This document shows, piece by piece, positions 1 through 11,906 of a DNA stretch of 64,000 nt (its first letter is position 1; every line of letters starts with the position of its first letter). Origin of the DNA: Cenococcum geophilum (taxonomy: Eukaryota); NCBI GenBank assembly GCA_050273025.1, contig CP158636.1, forward strand, positions 5,394,001 to 5,458,000, written 5' to 3'. The translations under genes and the position numbers were made by a program. The notes beneath the pieces were generated by a model. It made no database searches. It had not been told where the DNA came from and saw only the letters and a list, made by a program, of their open reading frames with translations.

Positions 1-267
1 CACTTGGGCAGAAGTTTCTTGAACGCTGAGACCAAGATATGCAGGGTCAACATTTTAATCGCACGCGAGCTACAATAGTTCGTAATCCGACTCAATTGCG
101 TTGACCAAACATACACCATACATGCTTTTCCGAGCCCTAACCTCGTACGTGGTATTACATCTACTTATTCCCCAGTACACCCCCGCCACGCGCCGACACC
201 CACTAATTCTCCCTAAACCCCTAGTACACGCGTCCCTTCAAACAGGATATTTTCTGAACAGAGATAA

Positions 268-732
268 CTAGTTCGCCTTCTTTGCCTTCGCTTTCAGTGC
301 TTTCCGCCTGTTGCTCCGGATCATGACGACGGAGAGGAAACTGCCGACGACGGTGCTGAAGAGGAGGATCAGGATTACGGGAATACGGATGGCCCAGACG
401 CGCGGCGGGAAGAGGCTGTGGAGAGACTGGTCTTCATCGACGAAGGGCTAGTTGGGTATTATTAGCGGTAGATCTGGGAGTTTTGGGGCAAAGGCAAGAA
501 AAGGAAAGGTAATGTGATGAAATACGGCGGGGGGAGACGGGAGCGAGGAGAGAGAGGTATTTAGAATAGATTGGAATGTACCATAAGTAGGGTCCAAATG
601 GTGTAGTAGAGGAAGACGGCGGATGCTGCGATGAGCATTGCGAGGCCAACGAGGCGGTCCAGCTGGTGAATTTTGTTAGTCATTTATTTTCGAATTTGCA
701 GAGCGGAATTTTGGGTGTATGGAACTCACCAT
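268..732 (-). CDS. DPM2: Dolichol-phosphate mannosyltransferase regulatory subunit 2 (3 exons, absent from the ORF track)
   Basis: Manual splice: ATG(732-730)|GTGAG intron..CAG|LDRLVGLAMLIAASAVFLYYTIWTLLM|GTAC intron..TAG|PFVDEDQSLHSLFPPRVWAIRIPVILILLFSTVVGSFLSVVMIRSNRRKALKAKAKKAN*. Two hydrophobic helices and the YYT.W..L.PF motif match the DPM2 family. Confidence 0.93.
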
Positions 733-1327
733 TGTGAGGTATTTTGCTAAGGGCGAAGCGAACGGAATATATAAAATCGAGGCTAGAGAACGTGCTATTG
801 TTTTGGTGGCTATGTTACTCTGGCCATTTTGGTGATGGTGTTGAGGACGGGTAGGGGTCTCGGAGGTTTGAGTTTCGCCGTGCTTGGCGTGCCCGGGCTG
901 CTTCTTCAAACTTTAAACTTCGTGTTGTACCCTGACTTCACGAGTATTCTAGGTCGCGAGCTTCGAAGCTCCCTTACTTCGCGCTGGTGTTTATGAACCC
1001 GGTCGCCACTATTTTCTTCTTTAGTTTGTTCCTATTCAGAAATCTCTTGACACTCCTGCTATCCAGCCACGCGTTCTGCATACCTACTTAGAACTTTTGC
1101 CAGACTGCTAACTAGCAAACATCGTGACGCCCGCTCTCACTCCAAGGTCACGACGTCCCCCAGCGGCCATCAAGACAGCTTGTACCCTCGACTATCTCAG
1201 AGCTTCCACCGCTGCGACTGAGCTCTAAAACCTCCGGACTCTTCTCGCCGCCACCTACCCCCGAGCGCTTAGCGCACTAACCACCTTACCACGACGCCTT
1301 CAAATTAGCTCTCTACTCCAATAACTT

Positions 1328-3598
1328 ATGATGGAAGTTGCTTCTGCGGTGCGCGTTCCATCTCCCGAGCCGCCGCGTAAGCGCGACCGCTCTCCGTCTA
1401 ATACTGGACCTTCGAAAAGGCTGCGTGGCGGATATAATAATCAACCCGATGAATTCGAGCCTCCTCCGGCCCCACAACGTGAGAAAGGCTATGATGCTAG
1501 ATTTGCCATGCTTCAAGAAGCCATGAACGCGACTAGGAAACCTCCCGTCGATGACTCTAAGACGCGCGCTGGTGGAGCCTACATACCCCCTGCCAGGCTT
1601 AGGGCCATGCAAGCTGCTATCACCGACAAGACTAGTCCAGAGTTCCAACGTATGGCTTGGGAAGCGTTGAAAAAGTCCATCCAAGGCTTGATAAACAAGG
1701 CCAATGTTGCGAACATCAAAATGATCGTCCCAGAGCTTTTTGGAGAAAACTTAATCCGAGGTCGAGGGTTGTTCTGCAGATCTATTATGAAGGCTCAAGC
1801 TGCTAGTTTGCCCTTTACACCAATTTATGCGGCTATGGTTGCAATCGTCAATACCAAGATTCCTGTCCTTGGCGAACTTCTGGTTAAAAGGCTTATCGTA
1901 CAGTTCCGTAAGGCTTTCAAGCGGAATGACAAAAAGGTTACTCAGTCTGCTGTCACATTCCTAGCGCATCTTGCCAACCAGCAGGTTGTGCATGAAATTC
2001 TCGCGGCGCAGATTTTGTTGCTACTACTGCACAAACCGACGGATGACAGCGTAGAGATAGCAGTTGGACTTACCCGAGAAGTTGGTCAGTTTATGGAAGA
2101 GATGAATGGTGCAATAAGTAATGCTATCTATGATCAATTCCGCAACATTCTCCATGAGGCGGATATTGACAAGAGAACACAGTACATGATTGAAGTCCTT
2201 TTCCAAGTCAGGAAAGACAGATATAAGGACAATCCAGCTATCAAAGAGGAACTTGATTTGGTCGAAGAGGAGGATCAGATTACTCACAGGCCGGGTCTTG
2301 ATGATCAAATTGAGGTGGAAGATGGACTAAACGTCTTCAAATTCGATTCAGAGTATGAGGAGCACGAGGAAGCTTACAAGAAGCTACGATCGGAAATCCT
2401 AGGCGAAGTAGATGGGAGCGATGAGGAGGACGAGTATACCGATGAGTCATCTGAAGACGAAGAGCAGAAAGAGGAACGGGAGTTGGAAGTCAGAGACCAG
2501 AGCAATGCAGAGCTTGTTCACCTACGGAGGAACATCTATCTCACTTTCAAGAACAGTGTTGGATTCGAAGAATGCTGCCACAAGCTTATGCGCATTAATC
2601 TCCCCGCTGGACATGAATCAGTGCTTCCGTCCATGGTCATCGAAACAGCCTATCAAGAACGCACATATGAGAAATTCTATGGCTTGGTAGGCGAACGGTT
2701 GTGCAAGCTCAACCGCATGTGGACCGATCTTTTCGAATCCGCCTTTGCTAACCAATACGACACTATTCACCGCCGCGAGTCGAACCAAATCCGCATTATC
2801 GCGCAATTTTTCTCGCATCTCCTTGCCACGGATGCGTTGGGCTGGCATGTCCTATCGGTTATCCGAATCAACGAAGATGATACAACTTCTAGTTCTCGAA
2901 TCTTCATCAAAGAGCTCTTCCTGGACCTTTCACAAGCAATTGGAGTGAAGAAGCTGGTGGAACGATTAAAGGAGGACGCCTTACAGCCTAGCCTTGATGG
3001 CATTTTTCCCACAGACGAGAGGCGCAATACCACATTCTCAATCAATTTTTTCACAGCTATTGGCATGGGTGTACTAACGGAGGGCATGCGCGAGTGGCTC
3101 AAGAACAACGCTCCAAAACCGCCACCGTTACCCGAGCCGGAAAGCGAGTCAGACTCGGAAAGTGTGTCGTCGTACTCATCCTATTCAAGCCACGCTTCTC
3201 ACTCGCGCTCACCTTTTCGTTCTCGCTCCCGCTCTCGTTCTCCTCCGCGCCGCCGCCTTCCATCCCGCTCACCAACTCCTCGTCGCAAGCGCTATGACTC
3301 GGAGTCCCCATCACGCTCTCCCTCTCCTCCGCGTCGCAGGCGCTACTCTTCATCCCGCTCACCCTCTCCCCCACCGCGAACTCGACGTCGCGATACTTCG
3401 GTTTCTCCTTCACGCTCTCCACCTCCGCGTCGTCGACCCCGCTCTTATACCCGTTCACCATCTCCACCTCCTCGACGTAGTCGGTATCGCGATTCGGAGT
3501 CACGGTCTCGTTCCCCGCCACCGCCGCGTCGTCGGCGTAATTCATCGTCAGTCTCCCGTTCCCCGCCTCCAAGAAGGCGAAGGAGGAGTGACTCGTAG
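1328..3598 (+). CDS. CWC22: Pre-mRNA splicing factor Cwc22 (MIF4G + MA3 domains, RS-rich tail)
   Basis: 756-aa ORF with GGAYIPPARLR, QRMAWEALKKSI.GLINK, ENLIRGRGLF, TTSSSRIFIK, FSINFFTAIG and a C-terminal RS/SP repeat region. Confidence 0.97.
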   Translation: MMEVASAVRVPSPEPPRKRDRSPSNTGPSKRLRGGYNNQPDEFEPPPAPQREKGYDARFAMLQEAMNATRKPPVDDSKTRAGGAYIPPARLRAMQAAITDKTSPEFQRMAWEALKKSIQGLINKANVANIKMIVPELFGENLIRGRGLFCRSIMKAQAASLPFTPIYAAMVAIVNTKIPVLGELLVKRLIVQFRKAFKRNDKKVTQSAVTFLAHLANQQVVHEILAAQILLLLLHKPTDDSVEIAVGLTREVGQFMEEMNGAISNAIYDQFRNILHEADIDKRTQYMIEVLFQVRKDRYKDNPAIKEELDLVEEEDQITHRPGLDDQIEVEDGLNVFKFDSEYEEHEEAYKKLRSEILGEVDGSDEEDEYTDESSEDEEQKEERELEVRDQSNAELVHLRRNIYLTFKNSVGFEECCHKLMRINLPAGHESVLPSMVIETAYQERTYEKFYGLVGERLCKLNRMWTDLFESAFANQYDTIHRRESNQIRIIAQFFSHLLATDALGWHVLSVIRINEDDTTSSSRIFIKELFLDLSQAIGVKKLVERLKEDALQPSLDGIFPTDERRNTTFSINFFTAIGMGVLTEGMREWLKNNAPKPPPLPEPESESDSESVSSYSSYSSHASHSRSPFRSRSRSRSPPRRRLPSRSPTPRRKRYDSESPSRSPSPPRRRRYSSSRSPSPPPRTRRRDTSVSPSRSPPPRRRPRSYTRSPSPPPRRSRYRDSESRSRSPPPPRRRRNSSSVSRSPPPRRRRRSDS

Positions 3599-4385
3599 TC
3601 GGGAGAGTTGGCAATTCATGGCTCAATAGTTTCTAAGTGGCTTGCAGCATACTCCTTGCACTATGGAAAGAGAGTTGAGCGAAATTATAGGGAAATTCTT
3701 AGGGGGCTATGTAGAGATTTTTTCAAGTCCTCATTTTGGTGCGGATAGCAGATTTTAGAACGCGGAATATCCATTGTAGATAACTTGTAGGAAGAAATAA
3801 ATTGTTCACATCACTAAATTCTGATTATGTTGCTACTTACCCACTTTTAAATATAATGTAGACGTTATGTTGCTAATAATCCGGGGTTACTTGGTCACCT
3901 GTGTGGCTTGACAACTTTGGCTTCAACATAACGTCGGCTGTGATTTTGAAACTTCACACTTGATATATGCACTTTACAAATTCTACACACTGTGCATCTG
4001 AATGTTGAGGTCAATGTGCAGAATAGGTTCAATACTTCGTACTCGTTTTAAAGATGGTGTCCCCCACCCCTCTTTCACCGTTACTGCTATTCAACTTGCT
4101 AGCAACGAAAACAAGTCTGTACAGATCAACACCCAAGCCATCAATACGGTATACAATAGTTTCAAGCCGTACAAGTCTTCACCCCGCGCTTTTTAATCGT
4201 AAAAGAGCTTTTCTATGGCTCAGGCCCGAATTCGGGTGTCAATGCCTTCTTACAGTCTTATTCTCAGTCCTACTCTGATCCAACATCTCTCAATCCAAAA
4301 CTATCCAACCGTCGAAAGATCAGCATAGTGGTCTGGAATACCAAGCATTATTCCCTTATTTCAACTCTTCAACTAGTTTCATCTT

Positions 4386-5549
4386 TCACGTTTGGTGTAA
4401 CAATTTCCGGCATCCTCTATGGCCATATCTGCACCAATGTCCAACCACACACCCCTCGTTGCCATCACTATCCAGCGTATAAAGCCTAACAATTTGATCG
4501 TCTTGTCTCCGCTGTTGGGCGGGGATGGGAGCTAGCATTGGCACCGGCCGGAACACAGGATTTCTAAGGAACAGTGGCAGTCTCCGTCTTTTCCGGGATG
4601 GCCGTGGTTGATTGGCAGCAGCACCTGGTCCAACGTTCATGATGCCTGCGATGCGAGCTTCTGTGTCGCCGGACGGTCCCTGTGGTGCTGGTGCATCGGC
4701 CCATGTGGTTGATGGAGTGTGACTTATAGGTGCGGCCTGGACCGGGTTATTTGCGGATAGAGATGGTGGCGTTTCTTGAGATGATGAGAATGCGCTATTG
4801 GGGTCTCGGACGCCATCACAAATTGGGTCTGACTCCCGCGCTACAAGATCTTGTCGATGAGGAAATGTCTCATCCGCAGACGACACGCGCTGGCTCTGAC
4901 CGGGCGGAGATGATCGAACTGGTGCTGCAACTGGTGCTGAGGCTGTCGCTGGTCTTGCCGACAGCGTTTTGGCCAACCCAATGCTAGAGACGCTTGTGAG
5001 GAGCCTAAAATTAAAACCTTTCGCATCCGTCGGGGGATCCTTTTCCCACAATTTTTTGCAGTCGATCCATTCCGACCCCAATGGTTTTCGGCTCTCATCT
5101 GTTCTGCTCTTAACCGATCCACCAACCTCATACCACTTTTGAGCACTCTCCGCCTCCGTTTGCATACTATCCCTCTCTGGAAAGGTGAATTGAAAACTCA
5201 TCGGGTCGGAAATTTTACGGCCTCTGTGGTCGTGCGTTATGTCATATTTGCTCTCGAAGATAGAGCAAAACCGGCTAGGTTTGTAGGGGCCTGGCGGTGG
5301 CGATGGGGTTGTGTGCTTTTGCTCAACAGCTATTGGCATGCGAACTATAGCTTGAGTATGATTCTCCCGACACTTCTTGGTCTCATCTTCCTGTTCAGCC
5401 CCTAAGACCGAAGTGGTTTCTTGTTCGGTTTGCAAGGGAATAGCTGTCTCTTCAGAGCTAAGGGTGCTCGACGGCTCGCCAGGTGATGCGGTTTGAGTGT
5501 CTGAGGTTTGCTCTACCTTGTCGGCAATCTTCTCTACGTATGTGGACAT
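4386..5549 (-). CDS. Hypothetical protein, low complexity (S/T/P/E-rich)
   Basis: 387-aa uninterrupted ORF with ATG start; no family recognised; ends in a short Cys/His cluster (CVVGHWCRYGHRGC). Confidence 0.6.
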   Translation of the reverse strand: MSTYVEKIADKVEQTSDTQTASPGEPSSTLSSEETAIPLQTEQETTSVLGAEQEDETKKCRENHTQAIVRMPIAVEQKHTTPSPPPGPYKPSRFCSIFESKYDITHDHRGRKISDPMSFQFTFPERDSMQTEAESAQKWYEVGGSVKSRTDESRKPLGSEWIDCKKLWEKDPPTDAKGFNFRLLTSVSSIGLAKTLSARPATASAPVAAPVRSSPPGQSQRVSSADETFPHRQDLVARESDPICDGVRDPNSAFSSSQETPPSLSANNPVQAAPISHTPSTTWADAPAPQGPSGDTEARIAGIMNVGPGAAANQPRPSRKRRRLPLFLRNPVFRPVPMLAPIPAQQRRQDDQIVRLYTLDSDGNEGCVVGHWCRYGHRGCRKLLHQT

Positions 5550-6026
5550 TTCGAAAGCCTCAAAGGTTATTCTAAAAGCGCTTAAAAAGGAATATGGGAT
5601 TTTCAGGCAGCTTTTCTGACAAGAGTCATGTAAATCGAGTGCTCGACTTGCGGCCTTTGCGCCTCTTCCTGCTGTGGTGTGGATGCTGATGAACTATGCA
5701 CAGGAAAAAGTTGTACCTTTATACAAAGCTCGTATTACGGATTGGGGAAAGTATGACTCGTTTATCCTTTTTGCTATTTCACTTATTCTATCTGCGTGAT
5801 CTACGCTCTGATGAACTATCATTGCACTAAGCTCTGCACAGACCCCCCATAGAGTTATCCCTCACATTTTCATGTTCCGAACCATGGCTTAGACTGAGCT
5901 CAAGGATTATCATATCATTAAAGGCTATTTAGGGCGTGTAGCCTGCGGTGTACTCTAGTCTTCTCTCCCTAAGTCTTGGCACGTGACTTCGTGTGGTGGA
6001 GTTTGCAGTTCTTTTACACGTGACTT

Positions 6027-6132
6027 CCCATTTATTTTTATATCCGTTGTATTATACTACGTACAATACTGCGCATGCAGCCTCTAGGCTATGGCGTTAT
6101 AGCTCTGTATACATGAATCCTCCCCAGGCAGC
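6027..6132 (-). repeat. Dispersed repeat, copy 1; probable 3' end of a non-LTR retroelement with A-rich tail
   Basis: About 100 bp (tttatttttatatccgttgtattatactacgtacaatactgcgcatgcagcctctaggctatggcg...) is the near-exact reverse complement of 26392-26495. Confidence 0.7.
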
Positions 6133-6820
6133 TTAACATGAACTAGCTATGTCCTAGTAGTTTATAAACCCCTAGGCTAGGGGTTTACAGCTCCTTGGTA
6201 AAATACTAAGTCACTAGCAACTATTAGGTAATGAGAAAACGGTAGAAAAAATATAAATTCCTGCTCTCCCCGAAATCTATCATCTAATCTAGTTTTGGAA
6301 CTTAGTGTCACGGCATGGGACGTACCTGAAAACATTGGTCACTCTCCAAAGGCATTTCAGCAACTTTCCCGCTCGGCTTTTGCATTTCTTACATGTTTTG
6401 CCGTGCTATTCACTTAATCACCTCCAGACTTCTTGCGTGGATGACCGATTTTAAGCTCATGAATAACCGGGCGCCCGATCCCGAGATGTTGCCCAGCCTG
6501 GTTACTTCTGGTGCTACTACTCTTGAGTTCGTGGAAACGCCGACGATCGTATCACTTGTGCATTTAAGCCCAAGCAATTGAATGATCCAGTGAACAGCGA
6601 CTACTTCAACAACAGTTTCGACGGCGTCATTGAAAAACGACTCCTCCCAATAAGTCAGAGCGGGATAGTAAAGCCTGGAAAATTGCTCGGCAAGTGAAAT
6701 GTAGAGGAGCAAATGACGACCCCGGATTTTCCTATAAGGCTACCTGAGGTGTTAAGAAGTGGCAGTAAAAGTGATTACTTTTCTCAGAGGGTATCTCTTT
6801 CTTCTAAACAGGAATCTGGT

Positions 6821-9224
6821 TCATGGAACATGTGCATCGTCATTCTCATCCCACTGCCATTGATGAAGCAGCTGTTTCACTCTATACTCCGTCGCCCATC
6901 CGGTGTCCGTCTCAATATCGCGCAGAAGCTTCAAGATTAGGCGTCGCTCCTTTGGGTCTCTTAGACACTGCCCTGCCGTATAGAGCGGCTGCACCGAATG
7001 AATGCGTACAGATTCATCTGACCTAGCGAGAGCAATGCTAACGATTTCACGGCTATGGACCTGTGATTCTGACACAGCGGCTTCGTAGGAGCTTAATCGA
7101 GCAAATACCGTCGTCCGACCTTGTGTGGACTCGTGCGGCTTGTTCATGAGCAGTTGGATTTGGCTCATATGGTATGATTGCATTGTCGAAGCGCACATGG
7201 GAATGCTGTGCCAGACCTCAGGGAAGATGGAATCGCCTTCTTCTTGCACGAGTCCTCTCGGAAACCGTGATGGATGGATTCTGGCGCAGGGCTTAAACGT
7301 AACTGGGAGCCCATCGTACCAGGCTTGGAAATGTTCCTTCAAATAATACCAGTAATCAAGAAGAGTTCGCTGCGGAACGCCCGCCCAAGGTCCACCAAGA
7401 TCAGGCGGTATATCATCTCCAACAGCCATGAAGTTCACAAGTTTTGACATTAGCCAGATCAGGGCATTTGAGACCATGTCCTCTTTCATCATCGTATCGC
7501 CCTCTGGATAGCCACTGGCGGCCGTATTGCTAGGTAGGATAAATCCGTGATCATCAATAAGTAGTCCGGCTTCCTTCCAGAGCGGGAGATCCTCGGTGTC
7601 GAGTCGAGTATGGGTTGCGTTGATGACTGTAGATTTTCGGTTAGTGCATTTACTACTCATCTTTACTAACACAAATTACCTACAGGCAGCAAGCATATCC
7701 TGCCGGGCAATATTCCAGAACGTTGCCTTTCTTGCTTTCGATATTCTCGTAGAAGACGGCGATAGAAGTGGCGTACCGGGTGACGGGAGCTGTAATGGCA
7801 TCATACGTTCCTTCGCAATGTCAAGAAGCGATTTCGCGCCATTTAGATGACGTGACCATTCAGGAACTGATGCGTCTAGGAATTCGTAGACACAGAGAAT
7901 GGCTGTTGCGGCGAGCAGTTCATCGGAATTAGGTTTGTGCCCCGTAGTGCTAGACACTCGACGTCTTTTGCGGCTAGTATGATCGCCACTAACCTGGATA
8001 CCAGACCATATATGCTCCGTTTCTATGGGCTCTTCTGGAGTGTGATTGGAATCTTCTTGAAGCGTTTGTCGGAGGAGAGACACGGCAGTGTCATAATATT
8101 CGGCTGCTCTGTGATACCAGTCAATTGAAAGCGCATCAGGATATAGCTCCATACGGGCTTGGCGAGAAACATTGCCTCCCATAATAGGTTTCTTTCCCTG
8201 GACACGTCCGAGGGCTTTCGCTGCATAAGCTACTGCGGCATACTTTAACAACGGGTTTCCAAGCGCTTTTACAGGAACATATGAAGCGAAATAAGTGCCT
8301 AAATCAAATAGATCCATCCAGTAACCTGGTCCCTCAGAAAAATGCCGCAGAAGAAAGGCAATTTCATGAGCTTCTTCCGCGTCTGCTTCGATATGAGGGC
8401 ATACCTGAGAGTGGTGAGTTGAAGATATTCTGTGGGTGAATCCTTCGCTTGGAGTAAATGGAGATTGCAGATTGGGGTCGATAGGAGGAGATGACGCAGC
8501 TGGATGGTTCAGAATGAAGTTGATATTATGGTTCGAGATAGATACCGGAGGTGATATTGGTGGCTCCATAGTTGATATGCTTGAGGTTGGAGAGTGTAAA
8601 TGGTCTGTATGAGTGAGGATACTGTTCCGATGGGGCCCACTGTGGGACATATATTCCAGATGTTCCCTTGTAGCGGCTGCCGACAAAGCCTGCAATCCAT
8701 GTGTAGATGGCATACCATTACTCTGTTGTATATTGTCCGTGCTAGGCCATGCGCCGTTCGAATGGTGGTCGAACGAGGGAGAGGATTGAGTTGGAGTGCC
8801 GGACATCCCGTCAAGTTCTGGAGAGAGAGGATCGTTATAAGGATCAGAGGTATTGATGAAAGTTACTGCAACTAGGTCAGTCCATGCATGACAGGGACAT
8901 GCCATTTTCAAGAATACCTTGCTTAGGAATATCTAACCATACGCTCTCGCCATTAAATGTGTTCTTGTACGCATAGAATCCCTTCAAGTTGCTCTCATCG
9001 CTAGCCCCACCACCGTTCATCGAGGCATTGTGTTGATGTCGAAATATGATGCCAGAGCTTGGGGCGCACTCTCTGGAGGCTTTGACGCATTGCCCACATG
9101 AAGGCTTTCTTTCGTCGCACTTTAGCTTCCTCTGACGGCATGTTAGACTGCGGAGATAGCTCATGTCAGCGGAGATTCATGAGAAGTTCTGTCACACCAC
9201 CCACCATCCAGTTCTCGATCTCAT
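6821..9224 (-). CDS. Zn(II)2Cys6 fungal transcription factor with a fungal-specific TF middle domain (multi-exon)
   Basis: Spliced N-terminus MRSRTGC|LTCRQRKLKCDERKPSCGQCVKASREC. ORFs 7676-8911 and 6821-7672 carry FLLRHF..GPG.WMDLFD, LLKYAA.A.AAK, ILCVYEFLD and FWNIARQD. GT..AG introns join the pieces. Confidence 0.92.
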
Positions 9225-9877
9225 CTCCTCAGATTCTTATGAAGACACTGACGGAATCGACTGTCACACAGTGCAGTCATTCCGTATTTGTATAGCCGTG
9301 TTCAATTGAAGCTTACCGACGGGGTCAGACTCGTAGGGACGTAGGGGATATCAATTGCATTTCATTGGTGACCCCAAGCTTTGTGCCGTTGAAAAGTGCG
9401 GGGCCGCGGATAGTTTTGCCGCCGCTAAAAACGCCAGATGAAGCAGGGTATATATACAGCCTTGGAAAATCGTTGAGGCTCGGGGTAAACTATACTTCAT
9501 AGTCTTTAGCTAGACGGGCGAATTGGCAAGTAGGAATTCAAGCTTAGTTGTGGAGGTGGCTAAAGTGACCAATACCACGGGCAAGCGGATAACGCAGATC
9601 CATCTCTCGGATTACCCCATCGGGACAACTCCGGATCATTCGCAAGGAGCTATCCGAATATCCTTTAACCCTGGCATTATTTTCATGCTAAGCACCGCCT
9701 AATTCAAGTAAAGCTATATGTGAGGTGTCTTCCATGGCTTCCAGTTGTGCTATTTTTCTAACGCCGCATATCTCGACAGTGCCAAATAATACAATTCGTG
9801 AAAGCGATAGCCTCAAGGCCATTGCCTCAAGGAGAATTAACCCTCCATTTTAACACCGTTATCAACGCTCCTGCTGC

Positions 9878-11906
9878 TCACTTCGCAGTTTTGGCTTTCT
9901 TTTTAGGCCTCTCTACCATCTCCTCCTCGATCTCTTCCGCTGGGGCATCGCTATCGGCATCTGCCATTTCCGAGTCGCTATCCGAGCCACTGCTCTTGTG
10001 GTCCTCATCGTACTCCTCCGCGACGTCTGACTCTGAGTCGGCCTGGAAATCTTCGTCCACGCTTTCGTCATCCTCATCAGCACTGCCTCGGGTAGCAGCA
10101 ACACGGTCATCGTCACTTGAAGCAAGATCCTCATCTTGAAGAGCAGCTGCAAGAAGAGCGCCAGACTAGTGATACTTAGTTAGCATTCGTAGGATTCAGC
10201 GAAAATGCGGTGCTTACGTCATCTGCCATCTCGTTCTTAGTCTTGATACCTTTCGCCCGGAAGAAACTCTCAAGAGGTTGCTGTTCCTCACTAATTTACG
10301 CATCCATTAGCAATTTGAATGCTATCAGGCATGAGCAAACTTACCGATTGATGTTGCTAAACTGATGCTCACCTACACCTCCTTTCATGGTGACAGTGAT
10401 ATCGAACGTTCGGCTAGCTGCCATTGCGCCTCCCACTCGCGACATTGTAATTGATTGAATATTATCAATTCCAATATAGGTTGCAGGTTTCGGAACGAAC
10501 ATGAACGCCTTGTCTAAACAGAAGAGATGGCCCTCATTTGCTTTAATAGAGCATTTGACGCCTGACTGTTCGTGATGGCTGATGAATTGTGTTGATGGCT
10601 TTGTGACCTTCTTGTTGGTCAACCCTCGGAATATATCAGTAACAACAGACGAGATTGGCGCCTCGTAGTGTGACTGTAGCTTCCCTTTGTACTTATCCTC
10701 AAGCGCATCATCCGTCATGTTAAGGTCTAGATTGACTTCTTCATCTCTCTTGAACTGCATAACCAGGAAAGGATATCTTGTTTGACCCTGCCGTAGGGGA
10801 GGGTCCAGCCCGATTGTGATGAGGGTATGGATATCATCTGGCTTCGGTAAAACCATGAACTTTTTGATTGATTCGTATTGTATCTTGTAATCGTAAGTTT
10901 TTCCACGTAACCGGAAGGATTTCTCGTACATATCAATATCGAATCGTCCTCTGAAGATTCATTAATTTCACTTTAAATTTTAGGAATAGCGCGGTAACAA
11001 ACCTGGGAGTAAGGTGCAATATGTCCAAGAAGGTAGCATAAGTGTCGCCAGCAACCTCTCCTATCTCCGCCTTCTCCATTAATGTTTCGTAGAAGAGATT
11101 CGCTGCATTTTGCTCCTCAGCATCCTCACCGTCGGTTACATCTTCACCGTCCTCTTTCTTCTCCTTCTTGGTTGCTGTTCCTGGAATATAGAATCGCATT
11201 TCGACAAGTTGATCCCGTGCACCTCCAGCTTTCTTGCCACGAGCTCTTGCGCCTCCAAGGTGACCATTTGTACCTGTATCATTGCCGTCCGCCGGAAGAG
11301 AAAAGTCAACTGCAACCTCGTTTTTTCCCGCGAGGTTGGTATTGGAAATCTCGGAGTACGGTATTTCAAAGGCGGGCCTGTTTTGAACGTTGAACGCAAG
11401 CTCTGCCTTGCCAAATTCTGCCTTTCCCCAATTCCATCCGCGCAACGCATGTTCCTTACTGTCCAAGTTGATGCTGTACCAGACCTTAAATAGCTTGCTT
11501 ATGCGATCAAAGTCCTGCTTATGTCAATACGATCCCCTTGTTGGGATATATAATCGTACCTCTTGTTGGAATCCATCCAGTTGAATCACGCCGTCTGCCC
11601 TTGAGAGCACCTTCACTTCATACCCGCGCGCCGCCCGGCTCCATTGTGCTTGAACAATCTGTGTGTGGTCCAAAGTAAAAGTGTCACCACCACCTGAAGG
11701 TTTCCAGCCCCAGCCGGACTCCGCGAATCGAGTTGTTCCAGGCTGCTTCGAAAGGTTTAGGTAGATGCCCTCAAAGGCTTCCCTATAATTGAGATTAGCA
11801 CAGGGAAAGTAAAGTGATGAGAAAACAGTCAGACTCCCAGAGAAGAGTCGGCACCTCCAACATTAAGAGTAAGATGAAAAGTTGCACGAAGTAGTGAAAC
11901 TCACAT
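9878..11906 (-). CDS. POB3: FACT complex subunit Pob3/SSRP1 (multi-exon)
   Basis: MEAFEGIYLNLSKQPG..., HALRGWNWGKAEF, LVEMRFYIPG, FRLRGKTYDYKI, LDPPLRQGQTRYPFLVMQF, acidic tail EDFQADSESDVAEEYD. Confidence 0.97.

Noticed and set aside
3200..3598. Repetitive CGC/TCT-rich tract
   Set aside because: Explained by the normal RS/SP tail of Cwc22.
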